Part shown: positions 29,516 through 33,715 of the stretch, one piece after another | How the letters are laid out: the number at the start of each line of letters is the position of its first letter | Position numbering within the stretch: position 1 is the stretch's first letter | From: Rhizaria sp. SCN 62-66 | Lineage: Eukaryota | Direction of reading: 5' to 3' | Length of the DNA: 33,715 nt | Assembly: GCA_001724265.1 (NCBI GenBank) | Contig: MEDY01000659.1 | Location: 62,001-95,715 of the forward strand | Program-made: the position numbers and the translations under genes | The notes under the pieces: model-generated | Databases searched by the model: none | Seen by the model: only the letters and a program-made list of their open reading frames with translations | What the model was told of the DNA's origin: nothing

Positions 29516-31384
29516 TTGCCTAAACATTAGGCTAAAAAAGGGAGAAGATGCGCAAAGCAAAGAAGGGAAGGGGAGGAGAGACACAAAAATAGGAGAAGAA
29601 AGCGAAGAATAGGGTGAGGCGCCTAGGACAATTGTAGGGGATGGGCAAAGGCGGAGCGTAGAGAATGGGTGCCCAGGACGACAATTGGCATTGCATAGAG
29701 CTGGCGCTAAAATAGAAGACTAGTAAAATGAGCTGACGTGCAATGACATTGCAAGTAACGTCGATCCTTGCTGTAGCAAGGCAGGCAAAGGGCTTCAAAT
29801 AGAAAAGCTTCCCCTCTGGCTTCAAGCATCGGCGGAAATGGCTCTTGAGTCGCTGTAAGCCCTCCCACTACTTAGTGGAAAAACACCAATAACAAACATC
29901 TAAAGATCATGATCAGTTCTTCCACTTCAAAGTATTACAAAGTATAGAAAGCACAGGATCACGCGCTACGGACGAAAAAAGAACCCCGATTGTGGTGCCC
30001 TCGAGCGGCTTGACATATGTGCCCACAAAGATAGGTCGCTTCGCAATGGTCGTGACGGTTCGCAAAAAATCAGGACTACCACTAGAGTTATTTTGTTGCA
30101 TCGGATTCGAGCAAGATACTAAATGCTGACTAAAGTAGAAAACTATTTTTTTGTGCATATTTTGTATCTTATATCCATTCGGGAAAAGGGACGTTAAGTC
30201 CTATTTACAGTATTTGTTACCACAATTACATTGTTGTCTTATGCAAATCTTCTGATCTTGGGCGCAATAGCACATACTAGTATTAAACTTACATCACATG
30301 TAAGCCCAGTCATTTTCACAGCACGAGCGAACACACGTAGATGAGTGCAGTACAGACCGGGATTATGGCTGCAAATGGAGCTTCGTGAGGTGAGAGATAT
30401 AATATGAGAGAGGCAAATAGTAATGCGCGCAAGTTAAATATGGCTCGTAGCGTGTGTATCATATTTCGACTGTACAAAACATACATAATTTTGCCAGGTT
30501 AGAATATTAGTATGACCGCACGATTGTTTCGTGCAGTTTGGGCAGAGTCTTGATTATGATGATAAGATCATGATGTGACCGTATTCATCATAACAAACTA
30601 AAGATCGGGGTCATGAAAGAGTTTCTGTTTTAGAGAGCTCAGTGTGACGAAGGAGCCGCAGAGGCGCGATGCTAAGTCTATGTTGTTTGCATCAACAAGC
30701 AACAAGGTGAGTCCTGTGCTCAGCAGCAGACTGCATCGACAGTTGCCAACTTCAACTCAAAAGCAAAAACTACTTAGTAATATGTTGACACCTGTCGTAA
30801 ACAGCGTCCACATGAGCGATAGTGCACGCAAGCGACTGACGACTTGAGAGCTGAGGTTCTAACAGAACGCCGATTAAGCTCATGGCGAGCAACTGCCTTC
30901 AACGCAAATGATTAAGCTGCACTTAATGTTGGGTTAGGACTAAGGTCGCTTGCCAGTAGACGGGGAGACGTGTGCTTGCGGTTCGTGAACAAAGCTGTGA
31001 GCTGTAAAGGGTTGCCAACACACTGTCTATCGCATTGTGTGACGCACGTCGTCAGTAAGTACCGCATGAAACGCACGGCAGCAACCACGGCTTTAAGACA
31101 CGTGTTTCAACAAACATCCGTGACGCCAGAGAGCAGTGCTGCACACGGTACAAACTCGATCGCGGTCGTCACGACTGTTAATGGCCAAGGTTGGCGCAAC
31201 AGCTGTTCTTCACAGCGTTGAGTCAGCAGCAACATGCACGTGCGTTGAAACCGCACGAAACCGTATGTTTTTGCCCGGTTAGATGCGTTGCGTGCTTCGG
31301 CATGTGACACCACTCACACACGTCCAAGACAAACAAACTATCGTAGCACAAAGCGGAGAGCAGACAAAAAGTGTAGCATCAAAG

Positions 31385-31542
31385 CTGTACAGAGTAAGAA
31401 AAGAGAGTGGGAAGTGAAAAGCACTCGGGGGATTGAAAATAGACGAAGAAAGACCAAGATGACAATAAGCAGAACTAAAACAAAAGAAAGTGCCAGTACA
31501 ACACATATCCTTCGTTGAGCCCGCGTCAAATTAAGAAAGTAC
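31385..31542 (-). other. Putative minus-strand intron (158 bp) not assigned to a long CDS
   Basis: ATGAG|GTACTT donor, T/C-rich body, TTTTCTTACTCTGTACAG acceptor. Size and GTAC donor match the other introns in the window. Confidence 0.45.
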
Positions 31543-32068
31543 CTCATTTGCAATCACTGCTACGTCTTACAAAACAAGCAGTGCTCAACGAGTTTGACGA
31601 GGTTTGAACATTTGCTGCAAAGAACGACGAAAATAAAGAGGAAAAAGGGGCAGTGAAGAATTATCAATGGCGACCAATGCAACGTACATTAACAGTTGTG
31701 TTGTTGTCTCTTCTTCAAAGAATAGGCGTATGATGGAGTTGTCATTGCTTTAGAAAGCCATACGGATCGTTTCGGATGAGCACGCCTGGTCGCATTGTGA
31801 TCAAACGGTCACATGCGTCTGGTCATCCGTCAATAGATGTCTGATCATGCTGGCACATTTTCAAACGTTGTATTGCATTTGACCCCAAATTTATATTGAC
31901 ACAGCCTCTTTCTGTTTATCACTTTCATGAACAGTTTCATCGCGCCCCTCCCTTGTTCCAAGCTTCCTCCTTGAGACTCACTTCCCGTCCACCTTGTCAC
32001 ACCTCTGTGCAACCTGTTGTTGTCTTGTATATTCTCGCGTTGTCACCTTTCTCACAGCGACCTTTGCG

Positions 32069-32740
32069 ATGTCTGACAAGAATTCAAGCACGCCCATGTT
32101 CTTCGCGCCCACGACCTCGACCTCGAGCTCGCGTCCGATGGTTAAGGAGACGGACGTCAACGAGGCTCGGCAGAAGCAGAGCGTTGTGCTTAAAGTTCCT
32201 TCGGCGCGCACGGGCCGTGTCAGCGGTTCCAAGGTTACTTTCTACACCGTTGAGTCGTACCGTCTCGGCGGTAACCAGGAGCGCGGCACCGTTGAGCACC
32301 GCTTTAACGACTTTTCTGAGCTCAACAAGCGTCTCACTGCGCGTTTCGGCAAGCAAGTGCCGGGGTTTCTAGTCTCCCGCAACAAGCTTTTCCAGGACCA
32401 CTTCTCTGACAGCTTCATCGAGGATCGCCGCTTGCTGCTCGAAGACTGGCTCCGCCGCTGTGCCGCCGCTCCCGCACTGCGCGACTCTGCCGAGCTCATC
32501 GCTTTCCTCGATCTCCGCACTGACGCCAAGCTGTACGAGTCAAACGTCGTCTTCGGGTCTCCCGCGGACCTGCCATCGACGGTCGCCGCGCGCACTGCCA
32601 ACACGGACTCCAAGACTGTTGTGTCGCCTGCGCCCGCGGCGCCTGTGGCGGCCCCGTCGCTTGCGAACAAGTTTGCCACTGCCATTGGCCGCGGCGGCAA
32701 CAAGAAGGCTGCCAGTGGCATCACTGATGACGACCTTTGA
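32069..32740 (+). CDS. PX (Phox homology) domain protein, sorting-nexin-like, 223 aa
   Basis: VTFYTVE...VEHRFNDFSELNKRL...FSDSFIEDRRLLLEDWLR...ELIAFL matches the PX pattern (RRYSDF..L; ERR..LE.YL). ATG 32069 follows a pyrimidine tract plus CAG. Ends TGA. Confidence 0.9.
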   Translation: MSDKNSSTPMFFAPTTSTSSSRPMVKETDVNEARQKQSVVLKVPSARTGRVSGSKVTFYTVESYRLGGNQERGTVEHRFNDFSELNKRLTARFGKQVPGFLVSRNKLFQDHFSDSFIEDRRLLLEDWLRRCAAAPALRDSAELIAFLDLRTDAKLYESNVVFGSPADLPSTVAARTANTDSKTVVSPAPAAPVAAPSLANKFATAIGRGGNKKAASGITDDDL

Positions 32741-33196
32741 GTGAATAACTTCAACTAAGATATCATGCAGACTCCGCGCTAAGATATTTTTTTATCGGTT
32801 TTGTGTTGGTTCGATGCTTCGATACTGTCAGAGTCGTAGTTTCGCGTCGCTGTTCCGAGGTCTCGAGGTAGTTATGTGTTGTGATTAAAGACTCACTAAT
32901 ATGTTTGCCATTTTAACGTTTTGTGCGCACTATAGCAACTATAGCACGCCGTGCTTTCACCTCAGAGTGCCGTTATGACGTGGTTTCACGCTGTAATGTT
33001 GGTTTCTCAGGCAGTTGAGTGGTGATTTTCGGGCTGTGTGATGGACTTTCTGAAGTTAATCCTTGCCTTGTCACTTTCTCCCATTGTATATTTGTTTAAC
33101 ACACTCCTTCTTTGCATACAGCACCGGCCATTTTTCTCCTAATCTTTCTTATGGTGCACATTTCCTCGCTTTTTAATTATTTCGACATTGTTGTGC

Positions 33197-33297
33197 TCAC
33201 GGTCATTAGAGGTCTAAGTACCCCGAAGTACTTAGACTTCGTCGGTGCGGTGGGCCGGAGTGGCCTTAGCATTGTCAGAAAGCGACCGATACCGTGA
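33197..33297 (+). ncRNA. Candidate structured RNA element (three-way junction), family unknown
   Basis: P1 33197-33203/33291-33297 (7 bp); P2 33209-33221/33228-33240 (13 bp); P3 33241-33246/33285-33290, enclosing hairpin 33252-33256/33262-33266. Confidence 0.4.
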
Positions 33298-33520
33298 TGA
33301 AACTAAAGCATTCCACATTGTTACACCGTGAATCCTATGTGCACTGGCACACTGCATATCGCATTCATTTTCATTTTTGCTACAGAATTGTTTCTGTGGC
33401 ACATACACCTGTTTCCCGATCGCAATTGGCCTCCCAACCACCGCACATGACTGCCCGCTCACTTTTTCGCAATTTCCGCTCTTTCTGGTTGTTCTTTCGC
33501 TTTCTGTCTCATAGCACATC

Positions 33521-33715
33521 ATGCAAGTGTTTGTCAAGACTCTTGCTGGTGAGACCGTCACCGTTGACGTGTCCTCCCAGACCACGGTCAAGGCCCTCAA
33601 GGCCCAGGTCGAGCTTGCCCAGGGCGTCTCGTCCGAGTCTATGCGCCTGATCTTCCAGGGCAAGCTCCTCGACGACGAGTGCACCCTCGCCGCCATGGAG
33701 ATCGCCGCTGAGGCC
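33521..33715 (+). CDS. Ubiquitin-like domain protein, 5' part (runs off the window)
   Basis: MQVFVKTLAGETVTVDVSSQTTVKALKAQVELAQGVSSESMRLIFQGKLLDDECTLAAMEIAAEA. Ubiquitin-fold pattern, but too divergent to be ubiquitin itself. Absent from the ORF track because no stop lies inside the window. Confidence 0.9.
   Translation, partial: MQVFVKTLAGETVTVDVSSQTTVKALKAQVELAQGVSSESMRLIFQGKLLDDECTLAAMEIAAEA

Noticed and set aside
6943-32815. GTTCGA T-loop-like motifs (about 6943, 12251, 15401, 32809), examined for a CUA-anticodon suppressor tRNA
   Set aside because: No cloverleaf could be built around any of them. No tRNA gene is supported in this window.
33294-33400. Box C/D snoRNA starting at GTGATGA
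   Set aside because: No downstream CTGA box D or terminal stem found at a suitable distance.
1-33715. CRISPR arrays, rRNA, prokaryotic operons, transposase/RT genes
   Set aside because: None seen. Repeats are coding microsatellites, and the gene structure is eukaryotic with spliceosomal introns.

Overview
Eukaryotic (protist-like) genomic DNA: GC-rich, low-complexity coding exons, AT-rich intergenic DNA and short GT-AG introns (about 80-170 bp). I can support seven protein genes. (1) The 3' end of an unknown Ser/Ala-rich protein. (2) A ~1367-aa Ala/Gln-rich protein on the minus strand whose frame runs through two in-frame TAG codons. (3) A 4-exon, ~1688-aa gene that splices an F-box/LRR module and a Cys/His cluster in frame onto a divergent presenilin-like membrane domain. 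(4) A type II membrane CAP59/GT-A-like glycosyltransferase whose only good ATG lies upstream of a third in-frame TAG. (5) An intronless ~4167-aa polycystin-1-like receptor (sushi-like repeats, REJ, GAIN/GPS, ~5 TM). (6) A PX-domain protein. (7) The start of a ubiquitin-like protein. Two observations stand out. First, a candidate variant nuclear code in which UAG is sense: 3 internal TAGs, while the 6 visible terminators are 5 TAA and 1 TGA. Second, the F-box-presenilin fusion with eroded GxGD/PAL motifs, possibly a membrane-embedded SCF substrate receptor or pseudoprotease. A compact three-way-junction RNA candidate also lies upstream of the ubiquitin-like gene. All family assignments come from motif recognition by eye; no searches were run.
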